The notes under the pieces are model-generated. The model did no database searches and was not told where the DNA came from. It saw nothing but the letters and a program-made list of their open reading frames with translations. The translations under genes and the position numbers were made by a program. From Enterobacteria phage GiZh: DNA of 64,000 nucleotides. Below are positions 1 through 11,027 of this stretch, in pieces. Position 1 is the stretch's first letter; each line of letters begins with the position of its first letter. The DNA lies in the sequence record NC_054903.1; one strand, written 5' to 3'.

Positions 1-2933
1 GTCCAAACGAAGAAGTTATGGTATTTGGTGCGAATAACGGAACAACCCAAACAATTGAGCTTCAGCTTCCAACTAATATTTCTGTTGGTGATACTGTTAA
101 AATTTCCATGAATTACATGAGAAAAGGACAAACAGTTAAAATCAAAGCTGCCGGTGAAGATAAAATTGCTTCTTCAGTTCAATTACTGCAATTCCCAAAA
201 CGCTCAGAATATCCGCCTGAAGCTGAATGGGTTACAGTCCAAGAATTAGTTTTTAACGGTGAAACTAATTATGTTCCAGTTTTGCAACTTGCTTACATAG
301 AAGATTCTGATGGAAAATATTGGGTTGTACAGCAAAACGTTCCAACCGTAGAAAGAGTAGACTCTTTAAATGATTCTACTAGAGCAAGATTAGGCGTAAT
401 TGCTTTAGCTACACAAGCTCAAGCTAATGTCGATTTAGAAAATTCTCCACAAAAAGAATTAGCAATTACTCCAGAAACATTAGCTAACCGTACTGCTACT
501 GAAACTCGTAGAGGTATTGCAAGAATAGCAACTACTGCTCAAGTGAATCAGAACACCACATTCTCTTTTGCTGATGATATTATCATCACTCCTAAAAAGC
601 TGAATGAAAGAACTGCTACAGAAACTCGCAGAGGTGTCGCAGAAATTGCTACGCAGCAAGAAACTAATACAGGTACTGATGATACTACAATCATTACTCC
701 TAAAAAGCTTCAAGCTCGTCAAGGTTCTGAATCATTATCTGGTATTGTAACTTTTGTATCTACTGCAGGAGCTACTCCAGCTTCTAGTCGTGAATTAAAT
801 GGTACAAATGTTTATAATAAAAACACTAATAATTTAGTTGTTTCGCCTAAAGCTCTGGATCAGTATAAAGCTACTCCAACACAACAAGGTGCAGTAATTT
901 TAGCAGTTGAAAGTGAAGTAATTGCTGGAAAAAGTCAAGAAGGATGGGCAAATGCTGTTGTAACGCCAGAAACGTTACATAAAAAGACATCAACTGATGG
1001 AAGAATTGGTTTAATTGAAATTGCTACACAAAGTGAAGTTAATACAGGAACTGATTATACTCGTGCAGTCACTCCTAAAACTTTAAATGACCGTAAAGCA
1101 ACTGAAAGTTTAAGTGGTATAGCTGAAATTGCTACACAAGTTGAATTCGACGCAGGCGTCGACGATACTCGTATCTCTACACCATTAAAAATTAAAACTA
1201 GATTTAATAGTACTGATCGTACTTCTGTTGTTGCTCTATCTGGATTAGTTGAATCAGGAACTCTCTGGGACCATTATACCCTTAATATTCTTGAAGCAAA
1301 TGAGACGCAACGTGGTACACTTCGTGTAGCTACACAAGTTGAAGCTGCTGCAGGAACATTAGATAATGTTTTAATAACTCCTAAAAAGCTTTTAGGTACT
1401 AAATCTACCGAATCGCAAGAAGGTGTTATTAAAGTTGCAACTCAAGCTGAAACCGTAGCTGGAACATCAGCAAATACTGCTGTATCTCCAAAAAATTTAA
1501 AATGGATTGTGCAGAGTGAACCTACCTGGGCAGCTACTACTGCAATAAGAGGTTTTGTTAAAACTTCATCTGGTTCAATTACATTCGTTGGTAATGATAC
1601 AGTCGGTTCTACCCAAGATTTAGAACTGTATGAGAAAAATAGCTATGCGGTATCACCGTATGAATTAAACCGTGTATTAGCAAATTATTTGCCATTAAAA
1701 GCAAAAGCTGCTGATACAAATTTATTGGATGGTCTAGATTCATCTCAGTTCATTCGTAGGGATATCGCACAGACGGTTAATGGTTCACTAACCTTAACAC
1801 AACAAACGAATCTGAGTGCCCCTCTTGTATCATCTAGTACTGCTACGTTTGGTGGTTCAGTTTCGGCAAATAGTACATTAACTATTTCTAATACTGGAAC
1901 GGTAACTCGTCTGATTTTTGAGAAAGGACCTCAAACTGGAACTAACCCAGCGCAGACGATGACTATTAGAGTTTGGGGAAATCAGTTTGGTGGCGGATCA
2001 GATACAACACGTTCTACTGTATTTGAAGTTGGTGATGAAACATCTAATCACTTTTATTCTCAACGTAATAAAGCTGGTAATATTACGTTTAGCATTAATG
2101 GTACTGTGATGCCAATAAATGTTAACGCTTCCGGTTCATTGAATGCGAATGGCGTAGCAACATTTGGTAGTTCAGTTACAGCCAATGGTGAATTCATTAG
2201 CAAGTCTGCAAATGCTTTCAGAGCAATAAACGGTGATTATGGATTCTTTATCAGGAATGATGGCGGCAGCACATATTTTATGCTTACTGCATCGGGTGAT
2301 CAGACTGGCGGATTTAATGGATTACGTCCTTTAGCTATTAATAATGCATCTGGTCAAGTAACTATTGGTGAAAGCTTAATCATTGCCAAAGGTGCTACTA
2401 TAAATTCAGGTGGTTTAACTGTTAACTCGAGAATTCGTTCTCAGGGCACTAAAACTTCTGACTTATATACCCGTGCGCCAACATCTGATACTGTAGGATT
2501 CTGGTCAATCGATATTAATGATTCAGCTACTTATAACCAATTCCCGGGTTATTTTAAAATGGTTGAAAAAACTAATGAAGTGACTGGACTTCCATACTTA
2601 GAACGTGGCGAAGAAGTTAAATCTCCTGGTACATTGACTCAGTTTGGTAACACACTTGATTCGCTTTACCAAGATTGGATTACTTATCCAACGACTCCAG
2701 AAGCACGTACCACTCGCTGGACACGTACATGGCAGAAAACCAAAAATTCTTGGTCGAGTTTTGTTCAGGTATTTGATGGAGGTAACCCTCCTCAGCCGTC
2801 TGATATCGGTGCTTTGCCATCTGATAATGCTACAATGGGGAATCTTACTATTCGTGATTTCTTACGAATTGGTAATGTTCGCATTATTCCTGACCCAGTG
2901 AATAAATCTGTTAAATTTGAATGGATTGAATAA
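1..2933 (+). CDS. 34: long tail fibre proximal subunit gp34, C-terminal ~970 aa (5' end upstream of window)
   Basis: ORF 18..2933 stays open back to window start; repeated ~40-aa motifs (TPKKL..ATQ..); sits directly upstream of 35-36-37-38-t as in T4. Confidence 0.85.
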   Translation, partial: PNEEVMVFGANNGTTQTIELQLPTNISVGDTVKISMNYMRKGQTVKIKAAGEDKIASSVQLLQFPKRSEYPPEAEWVTVQELVFNGETNYVPVLQLAYIEDSDGKYWVVQQNVPTVERVDSLNDSTRARLGVIALATQAQANVDLENSPQKELAITPETLANRTATETRRGIARIATTAQVNQNTTFSFADDIIITPKKLNERTATETRRGVAEIATQQETNTGTDDTTIITPKKLQARQGSESLSGIVTFVSTAGATPASSRELNGTNVYNKNTNNLVVSPKALDQYKATPTQQGAVILAVESEVIAGKSQEGWANAVVTPETLHKKTSTDGRIGLIEIATQSEVNTGTDYTRAVTPKTLNDRKATESLSGIAEIATQVEFDAGVDDTRISTPLKIKTRFNSTDRTSVVALSGLVESGTLWDHYTLNILEANETQRGTLRVATQVEAAAGTLDNVLITPKKLLGTKSTESQEGVIKVATQAETVAGTSANTAVSPKNLKWIVQSEPTWAATTAIRGFVKTSSGSITFVGNDTVGSTQDLELYEKNSYAVSPYELNRVLANYLPLKAKAADTNLLDGLDSSQFIRRDIAQTVNGSLTLTQQTNLSAPLVSSSTATFGGSVSANSTLTISNTGTVTRLIFEKGPQTGTNPAQTMTIRVWGNQFGGGSDTTRSTVFEVGDETSNHFYSQRNKAGNITFSINGTVMPINVNASGSLNANGVATFGSSVTANGEFISKSANAFRAINGDYGFFIRNDGGSTYFMLTASGDQTGGFNGLRPLAINNASGQVTIGESLIIAKGATINSGGLTVNSRIRSQGTKTSDLYTRAPTSDTVGFWSIDINDSATYNQFPGYFKMVEKTNEVTGLPYLERGEEVKSPGTLTQFGNTLDSLYQDWITYPTTPEARTTRWTRTWQKTKNSWSSFVQVFDGGNPPQPSDIGALPSDNATMGNLTIRDFLRIGNVRIIPDPVNKSVKFEWIE

Positions 2934-2941
2934 GAGGTATT

Positions 2942-4057
2942 ATGGAAAAATTTATGGCAGAGTTTGGACAAGGATATGTCCAAACGCCATTTTTATCGGA
3001 AAGCAATTCAGTAAGATATAAAATAAGCATAGCGGGTTCTTGCCCGCTTTCTACAGCAGGACCATATGTTAAATTTCAGGATAATCCTGTAGGAAGTCAA
3101 ACATTTAGCGCAGGTCTTCATTTAAGAGTTTTTGATCCTTCTACAGGAGCATTAGTTGATAGTAAGTCATATGCTTTTTCGACTTCAAATGATACTACAT
3201 CAGCTGCTTTTGTTAGTTTCATGAATTCTTTGACAAATAATAGAATTGTTGCTATATTAACTAGTGGAAAGGTTAATTTTCCTCCTGAAGTAGTATCTTG
3301 GTTAAGAACCGCAGGAACGTCTGCTTTTCCATCTGACTCTATATTGTCAAGATTCGACGTATCATATGCTGCTTTTTATACTTCTTCTAAAAGAGCTATC
3401 GCATTAGAGCATGTTAAATTAAGTAATAGAAAAAGCACAGATGATTATCAAACTATTTTAGATGTTGTATTTGACAGTTTAGAAGATGTCGGAGCTACCG
3501 GGTTTCCAAGAAGAACGTATGAAAGCGTTGAGCAATTCATGTCAGCGGTTGGTGGAACTAATAACGAAATTGCGCGTTTACCGACTTCATCCGCGATAAG
3601 TAAACTATCTGACTACAATTTAATTCCTGGTGATGTTCTTTATCTTAAAGCACAGCTATACGCCGATGCTGATTTACTTGCTCTTGGAACTACAAATATA
3701 TCTATCCGTTTTTATAATGCATCTAATGGATATATTTCCTCGACACAAGCTGAATTTACTGGGCAAGCTGGGTCATGGGAATTAAAGGAAGATTATGTAG
3801 TTGTTCCAGAAAACGCAGTAGGATTTACGATATACGCACAGAGAACTGCTCAAGCGGGACAAGGCGGTATGCGAAATTTAAGCTTTTCTGAAGTATCAAG
3901 AAATGGCGGCATTTCAAAACCTGCTGAATTTGGCGTCAATGGTATTCGTGTTAATTATATCTGTGAATCTGCTTCACCTCCGGATATAATGGTACTTCCT
4001 ACGCAAGCATCGTCTAAAACTGGTAAAGTGTTTGGGCAAGAATTTAGAGAAGTATAA
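2942..4057 (+). CDS. 35: long tail fibre hinge connector gp35
   Basis: 371 aa (T4 gp35 ~372 aa); position between 34 and 36. Confidence 0.85.
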   Translation: MEKFMAEFGQGYVQTPFLSESNSVRYKISIAGSCPLSTAGPYVKFQDNPVGSQTFSAGLHLRVFDPSTGALVDSKSYAFSTSNDTTSAAFVSFMNSLTNNRIVAILTSGKVNFPPEVVSWLRTAGTSAFPSDSILSRFDVSYAAFYTSSKRAIALEHVKLSNRKSTDDYQTILDVVFDSLEDVGATGFPRRTYESVEQFMSAVGGTNNEIARLPTSSAISKLSDYNLIPGDVLYLKAQLYADADLLALGTTNISIRFYNASNGYISSTQAEFTGQAGSWELKEDYVVVPENAVGFTIYAQRTAQAGQGGMRNLSFSEVSRNGGISKPAEFGVNGIRVNYICESASPPDIMVLPTQASSKTGKVFGQEFREV

Positions 4058-4062
4058 ATTGA

Positions 4063-4089
4063 GGGAGCCTTCGGGTTCCCTTTTTCTTT
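4063..4089 (+). terminator. hairpin (GGGAGCC-UUCG-GGUUCCC) plus T-run after gene 35
   Basis: stem-loop with UUCG tetraloop followed by tttttcttt. Confidence 0.5.
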
Positions 4090-4096
4090 ATAAATA
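4089..4096 (+). promoter_or_regulatory. T4-type late promoter TATAAATA upstream of gene 36
   Basis: exact TATAAATA ~24 nt upstream of ATG at 4120. Confidence 0.5.
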
Positions 4097-4119
4097 CTAT
4101 TAAAATAAAGGGGCATACA

Positions 4120-4785
4120 ATGGCTGATTTAAAAGTAGGTTCAACAACTGGAGGCTCTGTCATTTGGCATCAAGGAAATTTTCCATTGAATCCAGCCGGT
4201 GACGATGTACTCTATAAATCATTTAAAATATATTCAGAATATAACAAACCACAGGCTGCTGATAACGATTTCGTTTCTAAAGCTAATGGTGGTACTTATG
4301 CATCAAAGGTAACATTTAACGGTGGAGTTCAAGTTCCGTATGCTGTAAACAACACAAACCTATGCGGTGTTTATCCAGGTAACGGTGATAATGCTACTTT
4401 TGCTGTAGCAAATATCGATATTGTTTCGTGGAATGGTATTGGTTTTAAATCATCACAAGGTTCAGCAGCTCGAACTGTTGTAATTAATGCACGTAATGGT
4501 GATATTAGTACAAAAGGCGTTGTGTCGGCAGCAGGTCAAGTAAGAAGTGATGCGGCTGCTCCTATAGCAGCGAATGACCTTACTAGAAAGGACTATGTTG
4601 ATGGAGCAATAAATACTGTTACGGCAAATGCAAACTCTAGGGTGCTACGGTCTGGTGACACCATGATAGGTAATTTAACAGCGCCAAACTTTTTCTCGCA
4701 GAATCCTGCATCTCAACCTTCACACGTTCCACGATTTGACCAAATCGTAATTAAGGATTCTGTTCAAGATTTCGGCTATTATTAA
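4120..4785 (+). CDS. 36: long tail fibre distal subunit gp36
   Basis: 221 aa, same as T4 gp36; synteny. Confidence 0.85.
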   Translation: MADLKVGSTTGGSVIWHQGNFPLNPAGDDVLYKSFKIYSEYNKPQAADNDFVSKANGGTYASKVTFNGGVQVPYAVNNTNLCGVYPGNGDNATFAVANIDIVSWNGIGFKSSQGSAARTVVINARNGDISTKGVVSAAGQVRSDAAAPIAANDLTRKDYVDGAINTVTANANSRVLRSGDTMIGNLTAPNFFSQNPASQPSHVPRFDQIVIKDSVQDFGYY

Positions 4786-4793
4786 GAGGACTT

Positions 4794-7700
4794 ATGGCTA
4801 CTTTAAAACAAATACAATTTAAAAGAAGCAAAACCGCAGGTGCACGTCCTGCTGCTTCAGTATTAGCCGAAGGTGAATTGGCTATAAACTTAAAAGATAG
4901 AACAATTTTTACTAAAGATGATTCAGGAAATATCATCGATTTAAGCATTTCTGCTGGTGGTAATATCAGTGGTAATATTACTCAAACTGGTGATTATACA
5001 CAGACTGGAAAATTTAATTTAATTGGTCCGCAAATTGTAGAAAGCGGTGGATATATTGAGTTTAATTATCGTACTACTGGAAGTGGGGCTTGGTCCGGTC
5101 AACATACTGCGAAAGCTCCAATTTTTGTAGATTTAAGCTCAGCTACTTCCACATCTGAATATAATCCTATAATTAAACAGCGCTTTAAAGATGGAACTTT
5201 TTCATTAGGTACTTTAGTTTCTGAAGGTTCGTTGAAGATTCATTATATCAATGAATCTGGCGATTCGAAATATTGGACGTTTCGACGTGACGGCGGATTT
5301 ACTGTTGACGGTGGAGGTTTAGGAGTATCAGGAGGTAGTATAACTACATCTGGAAATATTGCAGCTCTCGGAAATATTACTTCGCCTCAGATTAATACTA
5401 AAAATATTATTTTAGATACAAAAGCATTTGGACAATACGATTCGCAGTCATTAGTTCAATATGTTTATCCTGGAACCGGTGAAGAAAACGGTATAAACTA
5501 TCTTCGTAAAGTTCGAGCTAAATCAGGCGGAACTATTTACCATGAAATCGCTTCAGCTCAAACCGGTAAAAATGATGAAATTTCTTGGTGGACCGGAAAT
5601 ACACTTACTACTAAATTAATGGGTCTTCGTAATGATGGCGCAATGGTATTACGTCGTTCACTTGCTATTGGCACAATTACCACTGACGAAAATACTAACA
5701 ACTATGGTTCTCCTACTCCAATGGGAGAAAGATATATTGCTTTGGGCGATGCTGCCACTGGTTTAAAATACATTAAGCAGGGCGTTTATGATTTAGTAGG
5801 TAATTGGAATTCTGTTGCGTCTATTACTCCTGATAGTTTCCGTAGTACTCGTAAAGCGATATTTGGACGTTCAGAAGACCAAGGCGGAACCTGGACAATG
5901 CCTGGAACGAACGCTGCCTTTTTATCAGTTCAAACACAGGCTGATGAAAACACTGCTGGAGACGGCCAGACGCATATTGGCTATAACTCAGGCGGAAAAA
6001 TGAACCACTATTTCCGTGGTAAAGGCAAAACTAATATTAATACTCAGGAAGGTATGGAAGTTAATCCGGGTATTTTGAAATTGGTAACTGGCTCTAATAA
6101 TGTAATGTTTTATGCTGATGGCGGTATTACATCTGTTAAGCAGCTTTCAATATATAATGGCATATATTTAGCAGCTAATAATTCTACTGCTGGGCTAACA
6201 TTCGCTCCAACTACTACAATTGATGGCACTAAGCAAATTTTGTGGGAAGGCGGTACTCGTGCTGGTCAGAATAAAAGCTATGTAACTGTTAAAGCATGGG
6301 GTAATTCATTTAACGCATCTGGCGATCGTAATCGTGAAACGGTTTTTGAAGTAGCTGATGGACAAGGATATTATTTTTATTCACAGCGTGTGGCTCCAAG
6401 TGGCTCTGAAACTACTGGGCCTGTTGTAACCCAGTTCAATGGACAAGTTAATGCTAGAGGAAGTATTATTACTGACGGAAGTTTTAAAGTTAATGGATTA
6501 AGCACTTTAGTCGGTAATGTTACCATGTCTAATGGTTTGTTTGTCCAAGGTGGTTCTTCTATTACTGGACAAGTAAAAATTGGTGGAACTGCTGATGCAT
6601 TAAGAATTTGGAATGCCGAATACGGTGCTATTTTCCGTCGCTCAGAAACAGCATTACATATTATCCCGACTCCTAAAGATGCCGGTGAAAGTGGTGGAAT
6701 AAGTAATCTCCGCCCACTTAGTATTAGTCTTAATAATGGTATGGTACAAATGCGCCATTCTGTTACGTTAGGCGATGATGGCGCTGGCGGTAATATGATT
6801 ACTGTGGACAACGATACCAAACTTGTTGTTGTTACTAGTCATAGTCGTATTTCTCCTAATTACCGTATGCAGGTAGGACAAGCAGCTTATATTGATGCTG
6901 AATGTACTGACACCGTTCGCCCGGCTGGCGCAGGGTCTTTTGCTTCACAAAATAATGAAAACGTTCGTGCTCCGTTCTATATGAATATTAATCGCACAGA
7001 TACAAGTACTTACGTTCCTATTTTAAAACAACGTTATGTTCAAGGAAATAGCTGTTATTCTTTAGGTACTTTAATAAATGGCGGTAACTTCAGAGTTCAT
7101 TATCATGAAGGTGGAGACGGAAGTTCAACAGGCGCAATTATAAAAGATTTAGGCTGGGAATTTACACGTTCTGGTGATTTTATATCTCCTAAGCGCATTT
7201 CTGCTGGGGGTTCAGTTTATTTAGGTACAGACGGTAACATTACTGGTGGTTCTGGTAATTTTGCCAACTTAAATAGTACAATTGAATCACTTAAAACTGA
7301 TATTGTTTCAAGTTATCCTATTGGAGCTCCGATTCCTTGGCCTACTGATACACCTCCTGAAGGTTATGCCATAATGGAAGGTCAAACATTTGATGTTGGC
7401 TTGTATCCTAAGTTAGCTGCGGTGTATCCTTCCGGCTCTCTGCCTGATATGCGCGGGCAAACTATCAAGGGTAAACCATCTGGGCGTGCTGTATTAAGTA
7501 CAGAAGCAGACGGTGTTAAGTCACATAGTCATAGTGCAAGTGCATCAAGCACGGATTTGGGTACTAAGACCACATCAAGCTTTGACTATGGTACTAAGAC
7601 GACAAGTAGTTTCGACTATGGTACTAAGACCAGTAATAATACTGGTGCTCATACGCATAGTTTGAGCGGTTCCACAAACACCGCCGGTGCGCACAGCCAC

Positions 7701-8015
7701 ACAAGCGCTCTTTATGCGGGAAGTAACAACTCTCCTGGTACTGGTTCTATAAGAGGATCCGCCGGTGGTGGTAATACGCTTGGAACTTCTTCTTCTGGGG
7801 CACATTCGCACTCTATATCTGGTACTGCTGCAAGCGCAGGCGCTCACGCGCATACTGTTGGTATTGGTGCTCATACCCATACTGTAGGTATCGGTGCTCA
7901 TACCCACACGGTAGCAATTGGCTCGCATGGTCATACTATCACTGTAAATAGTACAGGTAATACAGAAAACACGGTTAAAAACATTGCTTTTAACTATATT
8001 GTTCGTTTAGCATAA
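4794..8015 (+). CDS. 37: long tail fibre distal subunit / receptor-recognising gp37 (T4-type, His-box tip)
   Basis: 1073 aa; C-terminal HxH repeats ([16 protein letters not shown]...) typical of T4-type gp37 needle tip; synteny. Confidence 0.9.
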   Translation: MATLKQIQFKRSKTAGARPAASVLAEGELAINLKDRTIFTKDDSGNIIDLSISAGGNISGNITQTGDYTQTGKFNLIGPQIVESGGYIEFNYRTTGSGAWSGQHTAKAPIFVDLSSATSTSEYNPIIKQRFKDGTFSLGTLVSEGSLKIHYINESGDSKYWTFRRDGGFTVDGGGLGVSGGSITTSGNIAALGNITSPQINTKNIILDTKAFGQYDSQSLVQYVYPGTGEENGINYLRKVRAKSGGTIYHEIASAQTGKNDEISWWTGNTLTTKLMGLRNDGAMVLRRSLAIGTITTDENTNNYGSPTPMGERYIALGDAATGLKYIKQGVYDLVGNWNSVASITPDSFRSTRKAIFGRSEDQGGTWTMPGTNAAFLSVQTQADENTAGDGQTHIGYNSGGKMNHYFRGKGKTNINTQEGMEVNPGILKLVTGSNNVMFYADGGITSVKQLSIYNGIYLAANNSTAGLTFAPTTTIDGTKQILWEGGTRAGQNKSYVTVKAWGNSFNASGDRNRETVFEVADGQGYYFYSQRVAPSGSETTGPVVTQFNGQVNARGSIITDGSFKVNGLSTLVGNVTMSNGLFVQGGSSITGQVKIGGTADALRIWNAEYGAIFRRSETALHIIPTPKDAGESGGISNLRPLSISLNNGMVQMRHSVTLGDDGAGGNMITVDNDTKLVVVTSHSRISPNYRMQVGQAAYIDAECTDTVRPAGAGSFASQNNENVRAPFYMNINRTDTSTYVPILKQRYVQGNSCYSLGTLINGGNFRVHYHEGGDGSSTGAIIKDLGWEFTRSGDFISPKRISAGGSVYLGTDGNITGGSGNFANLNSTIESLKTDIVSSYPIGAPIPWPTDTPPEGYAIMEGQTFDVGLYPKLAAVYPSGSLPDMRGQTIKGKPSGRAVLSTEADGVKSHSHSASASSTDLGTKTTSSFDYGTKTTSSFDYGTKTSNNTGAHTHSLSGSTNTAGAHSHTSALYAGSNNSPGTGSIRGSAGGGNTLGTSSSGAHSHSISGTAASAGAHAHTVGIGAHTHTVGIGAHTHTVAIGSHGHTITVNSTGNTENTVKNIAFNYIVRLA
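7560..7640 (+). repeat. tandem 30-bp coding repeat (~2.7 copies) in gp37 tip region, encoding [10 protein letters not shown] units
   Basis: ggtactaagacNacaNcaagNtttgactat repeated head to tail. Confidence 0.8.
7845..7935 (+). repeat. tandem ~30-bp coding repeat encoding AHTHTVGIG His-box units in gp37
   Basis: ggtgctcatacccaYacNgtaggtatc repeated. Confidence 0.75.
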
Positions 8016-8042
8016 GGAGAGGGGCTTCGGCCCCTTCTAAAT
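8014..8042 (+). promoter_or_regulatory. gene 38 translation initiation region: SD (AGGAG) separated from AUG by a GGGGC-UUCG-GCCCC hairpin
   Basis: SD at 8014-8018 is ~24 nt from ATG 8043 with a stable hairpin in between; T4 gene 38 is known for a structured split RBS. Confidence 0.5.
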
Positions 8043-8594
8043 ATGAAAATCTATCATTATTATTTTGACACTAAAGAATTTTACAAAGAAGAAAATTACA
8101 AACCTGTTAAAGGTCTCGGTCTTCCTGCTCATTCAACAATTAAAAAACCTTTAGAACCTAAAGAAGGATACGCAGTTGTATTTGATGAACGTATTCAGGA
8201 TTGGATTTATGAAGAAGACCATCGCGGTAAACGGGCTTGGACTTTTAATAAAGAAGAAATCTTAATAACTGACATAGGAAGCCCGGTTGGTATAACTTTT
8301 GATGAACCCGGCGAATTTGATATATGGACTGATGATGGTTGGAAAGAAGACGAAACATATAAACGCGTTTTAATTCGCAATAGAAAAATTGAAGAATTAT
8401 ACAAAGAATTCCAAGTTTTAAATAATATGATTGAAGCTTCTGTCGCGAATAAAAAGGAAAAATTCTATTATAAAAACCTTAAGCGGTTCTTTGCTCTTTT
8501 AGAAAAGCATGAGCATTTAGGTGGTGAATTTCCTAAATGGCCTGAAAAAGAACAGAAGCCTTGGTATAAGCGTTTATTCAAGCATTACGTATAA
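8043..8594 (+). CDS. 38: tail fibre assembly chaperone gp38 (T4-type)
   Basis: 183 aa, same as T4 gp38; sequence recognised; follows gene 37. Confidence 0.85.
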   Translation: MKIYHYYFDTKEFYKEENYKPVKGLGLPAHSTIKKPLEPKEGYAVVFDERIQDWIYEEDHRGKRAWTFNKEEILITDIGSPVGITFDEPGEFDIWTDDGWKEDETYKRVLIRNRKIEELYKEFQVLNNMIEASVANKKEKFYYKNLKRFFALLEKHEHLGGEFPKWPEKEQKPWYKRLFKHYV

Positions 8595-8597
8595 ATA
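8590..8597 (+). promoter_or_regulatory. T4-type late promoter TATAAATA upstream of holin gene t
   Basis: exact TATAAATA overlapping gene 38 stop, 18 nt before ATG 8615; SD AAGGAGG. Confidence 0.5.
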
Positions 8598-8614
8598 TCT
8601 TAAAAGGAGGGTCT

Positions 8615-9271
8615 ATGGCAGCACCTAGAATATCATTTTCGCCCTCTGATATTCTATTTGGTGTTCTAGATCGCTTGTTCAAAGATAACGCTACCGGGAA
8701 AGTTCTTGCTTCCCGGGTAGCTGTCGTAATTCTTTTATTTATGATGGCGATTGTTTGGTATAGGGGAGATAGTTTCTTTGAGTACTATAAGCAATCAAAG
8801 TATGAAACATACAGTGAAATTATTGAAAAGGAAAGAAATGCACGCTTTGAATCTGTCGCCCTGGAACAACTCCAGATAGTTCATATATCATCTGAGGCAG
8901 ACTTTAGTGCGGTGTATTCTTTCCGCCCTAAAAACTTAAACTATTTTGTTGATATTATAGCATACGAAGGAAGATTACCTTCAACAATAACTGAAAAATC
9001 ACTTGGAGGATATCCTGTTGATAAAACTATGGATGAATATACAGTTCATTTAAATGGACGTCATTATTATTCTGACTCAAAATTTGCTTTTTTACCAACT
9101 AAAAAGCCTACTCCCGAAATAAACTACATGTACAGTTGTCCATATTTTAATTTGGATAATATCTATGCTGGAACGATAACCATGTACTGGTATAGAAATG
9201 ATCATATAAGTAATGACCGCCTTGAATCAATATGTGCTCAGGCGGCCAGAATATTAGGAAGGGCTAAATAA
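8615..9271 (+). CDS. t: holin T
   Basis: 218 aa, same as T4 holin; sequence recognised (MAAPRISFSPSDILFG..). Confidence 0.9.
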   Translation: MAAPRISFSPSDILFGVLDRLFKDNATGKVLASRVAVVILLFMMAIVWYRGDSFFEYYKQSKYETYSEIIEKERNARFESVALEQLQIVHISSEADFSAVYSFRPKNLNYFVDIIAYEGRLPSTITEKSLGGYPVDKTMDEYTVHLNGRHYYSDSKFAFLPTKKPTPEINYMYSCPYFNLDNIYAGTITMYWYRNDHISNDRLESICAQAARILGRAK

Positions 9272-9544
9272 TTATTTGTTCGTATACATCTCTAGATATC
9301 GATATACACCCTCAAAACCCTCGTTGAATTCGTCGATGAGGGTTTTCTTATCTTCTTGGGTTAATTCAGAAACAATTTTACGGAATGAATTTTGATTTAA
9401 CTTTCTACCTTCATGCGTTACTCCAATCTCATTCAGAAATGCAATAAAATTAGCACGATTTTCAACAATATCTTCTCTGGAAAATTTAATCAAAATAGAC
9501 GCAACAGTAATAATTTCACGAACTGTATCAATGTTTTTATTCAT
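9272..9544 (-). CDS. asiA: anti-sigma70 factor AsiA
   Basis: 90 aa; sequence recognised (MNKNIDTVREIITVASILIKF..). Confidence 0.9.
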   Translation of the reverse strand: MNKNIDTVREIITVASILIKFSREDIVENRANFIAFLNEIGVTHEGRKLNQNSFRKIVSELTQEDKKTLIDEFNEGFEGVYRYLEMYTNK

Positions 9545-9556
9545 TAACTATACCAC

Positions 9557-9709
9557 TCAATTAGTTGACTTTGTTATAATATCATCAGACGTTTGATTTG
9601 TAAACTGGTCTGTATTATTTTCTTCAAAAATTTTTTCTACGAATTCTTTGAACGACTCACGTTCCTGAGCTACATTATGCTCGATTACTTTTTCAAGATT
9701 ATGACTCAT
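9557..9709 (-). CDS. small acidic ORF (50 aa), hypothetical
   Basis: ATG overlaps arn stop (ATGA coupling); below ORF-track size cut-off. Confidence 0.3.
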   Translation of the reverse strand: MSHNLEKVIEHNVAQERESFKEFVEKIFEENNTDQFTNQTSDDIITKSTN

Positions 9710-9984
9710 TCGAAATAATCTTCAATTTCATAATCATGGACATAAATCATTATAGTTTTTAATACATCATCGATACTTTTTCCTGGAGCTGGAATTACGT
9801 AAAAATATCCTGCTTTTGAGAGGTCTTTATAAGTTCCAATCAAGAAATCATTATTCTCAAGATGCAGTTCTTCAACTAATTCATTGACAATTGAATGGTA
9901 TAAATTTGGTAGAAACTTATATAGCTTTTCTAGAATATCAATTTTGATTGTGTATTGAACCACGGACTGAGAATCAATAATCAT
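9706..9984 (-). CDS. arn: Arn-like anti-restriction protein
   Basis: 92 aa, acidic; position next to asiA as in T4. Confidence 0.7.
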   Translation of the reverse strand: MIIDSQSVVQYTIKIDILEKLYKFLPNLYHSIVNELVEELHLENNDFLIGTYKDLSKAGYFYVIPAPGKSIDDVLKTIMIYVHDYEIEDYFE

Positions 9985-10067
9985 AGACCTTCCCCTTATG
10001 TTTCTGTTTGCGATTAGATTCTTTAAACGCTTTCTTCTTATCCTTATGAACAGAAGCTTTATTAAAA

Positions 10068-10286
10068 TTATGTTTTGCGACTAAATTGTTCATAGTGCTG
10101 AATTACCTCTCTCAAACATTTGCATGTGAATGAAAACTTTTTAGCTACACCACATTCAAATATATGTTCTCTTAAATCACGTGTATCGGTATATCCCATC
10201 TCAACAATAAAATGCCGTATTAGATTTTTATCTTTATCATTGAGAGAATTAAAATAATCAGATTTTGAATTAATTTCCCTGGCCAA
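10068..10286 (-). CDS. hypothetical protein (72 aa)
   Basis: ORF in asiA-motA early cluster. Confidence 0.4.
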   Translation of the reverse strand: MAREINSKSDYFNSLNDKDKNLIRHFIVEMGYTDTRDLREHIFECGVAKKFSFTCKCLREVIQHYEQFSRKT

Positions 10287-10566
10287 ATTGAATCACCTTC
10301 AGTTGACGTTTTAGTTCTTTTATCATCTCTTCGTTCATCGCAATATAAAGATCGCGTAAAGCAGGCTTTAGCATTCCATTTATTGGGGAACTAAATGGAC
10401 ATACATAATCTTTTCCTACGAGCTTTTTAGTGAATTCCATATTACAGAACTGAAATGCCGGTTCATTGGCATAAATTCCCCATTTGGTTGACATCATTTT
10501 ATTGGCATATTCCAATGCCTGGATTTGATTCATAATTCCATCAATTTGAAACTTTTTAATATTCAT
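10270..10566 (-). CDS. hypothetical protein (98 aa)
   Basis: ORF; tight packing. Confidence 0.5.
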   Translation of the reverse strand: MNIKKFQIDGIMNQIQALEYANKMMSTKWGIYANEPAFQFCNMEFTKKLVGKDYVCPFSSPINGMLKPALRDLYIAMNEEMIKELKRQLKVIQFGQGN

Positions 10567-11027
10567 TAGTAAAGGTCCTCAGAGTAAAGTTCTTTTTCAC
10601 TACCACCGCGTTCAATACGTACTTGTCCAGCGTAAGTTGCAATAATCATTGCTTCTTCACGTGTCCAATAATTACTATATTGGTCAATAAACCCTTGGTC
10701 ATCATCACAAACTTGTTGAGTAACTAATTGAGGTTTAACTACATCTAAAACTGCTGCCATATCTTTAGAATAATGACGAGCACCCGGAATAACAAGAATT
10801 CGTCCATCTTTTAATTTAAAACGGTTGGCTGCGCAAACAATCCGTCGTTGGTACTTTTGGTTTTCATCCCAGTATGCAGACTGCCAACAGATTTCCGGAA
10901 CTTCTGCAAGAATATCTTCTTCTGTGCATTTATAACCATGTGCTTTAAACTTTTGAACAAGACTTTCTGGAGTCTCACGAGATAAAGGAATATTCAACAT
11001 TTTTAAACGATTAATAAATGGGTTCAT
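10566..11027 (-). CDS. hypothetical protein (153 aa)
   Basis: ORF; ATGA coupling with neighbours. Confidence 0.55.
   Translation of the reverse strand: MNPFINRLKMLNIPLSRETPESLVQKFKAHGYKCTEEDILAEVPEICWQSAYWDENQKYQRRIVCAANRFKLKDGRILVIPGARHYSKDMAAVLDVVKPQLVTQQVCDDDQGFIDQYSNYWTREEAMIIATYAGQVRIERGGSEKELYSEDLY

Noticed and set aside
480-722. 80-aa ORF antisense inside gp34
   Set aside because: Lies entirely within the gp34 coding region on the opposite strand, with no RBS; typical spurious ORF. The same applies to 2644..2901, 2792..2983, 4751..4948, 5815..6003, 6377..6820, 8207..8404.
7575-7934. 119-aa antisense ORF across the gp37 repeat region
   Set aside because: Open frame is a by-product of the low-complexity tandem repeats in gp37; no start context.
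7560-7935. Possible CRISPR-like array (regular ~30-bp repeats)
   Set aside because: Repeats are in frame within gp37, adjacent without spacers, and encode the fibre-tip repeats; not a CRISPR array.
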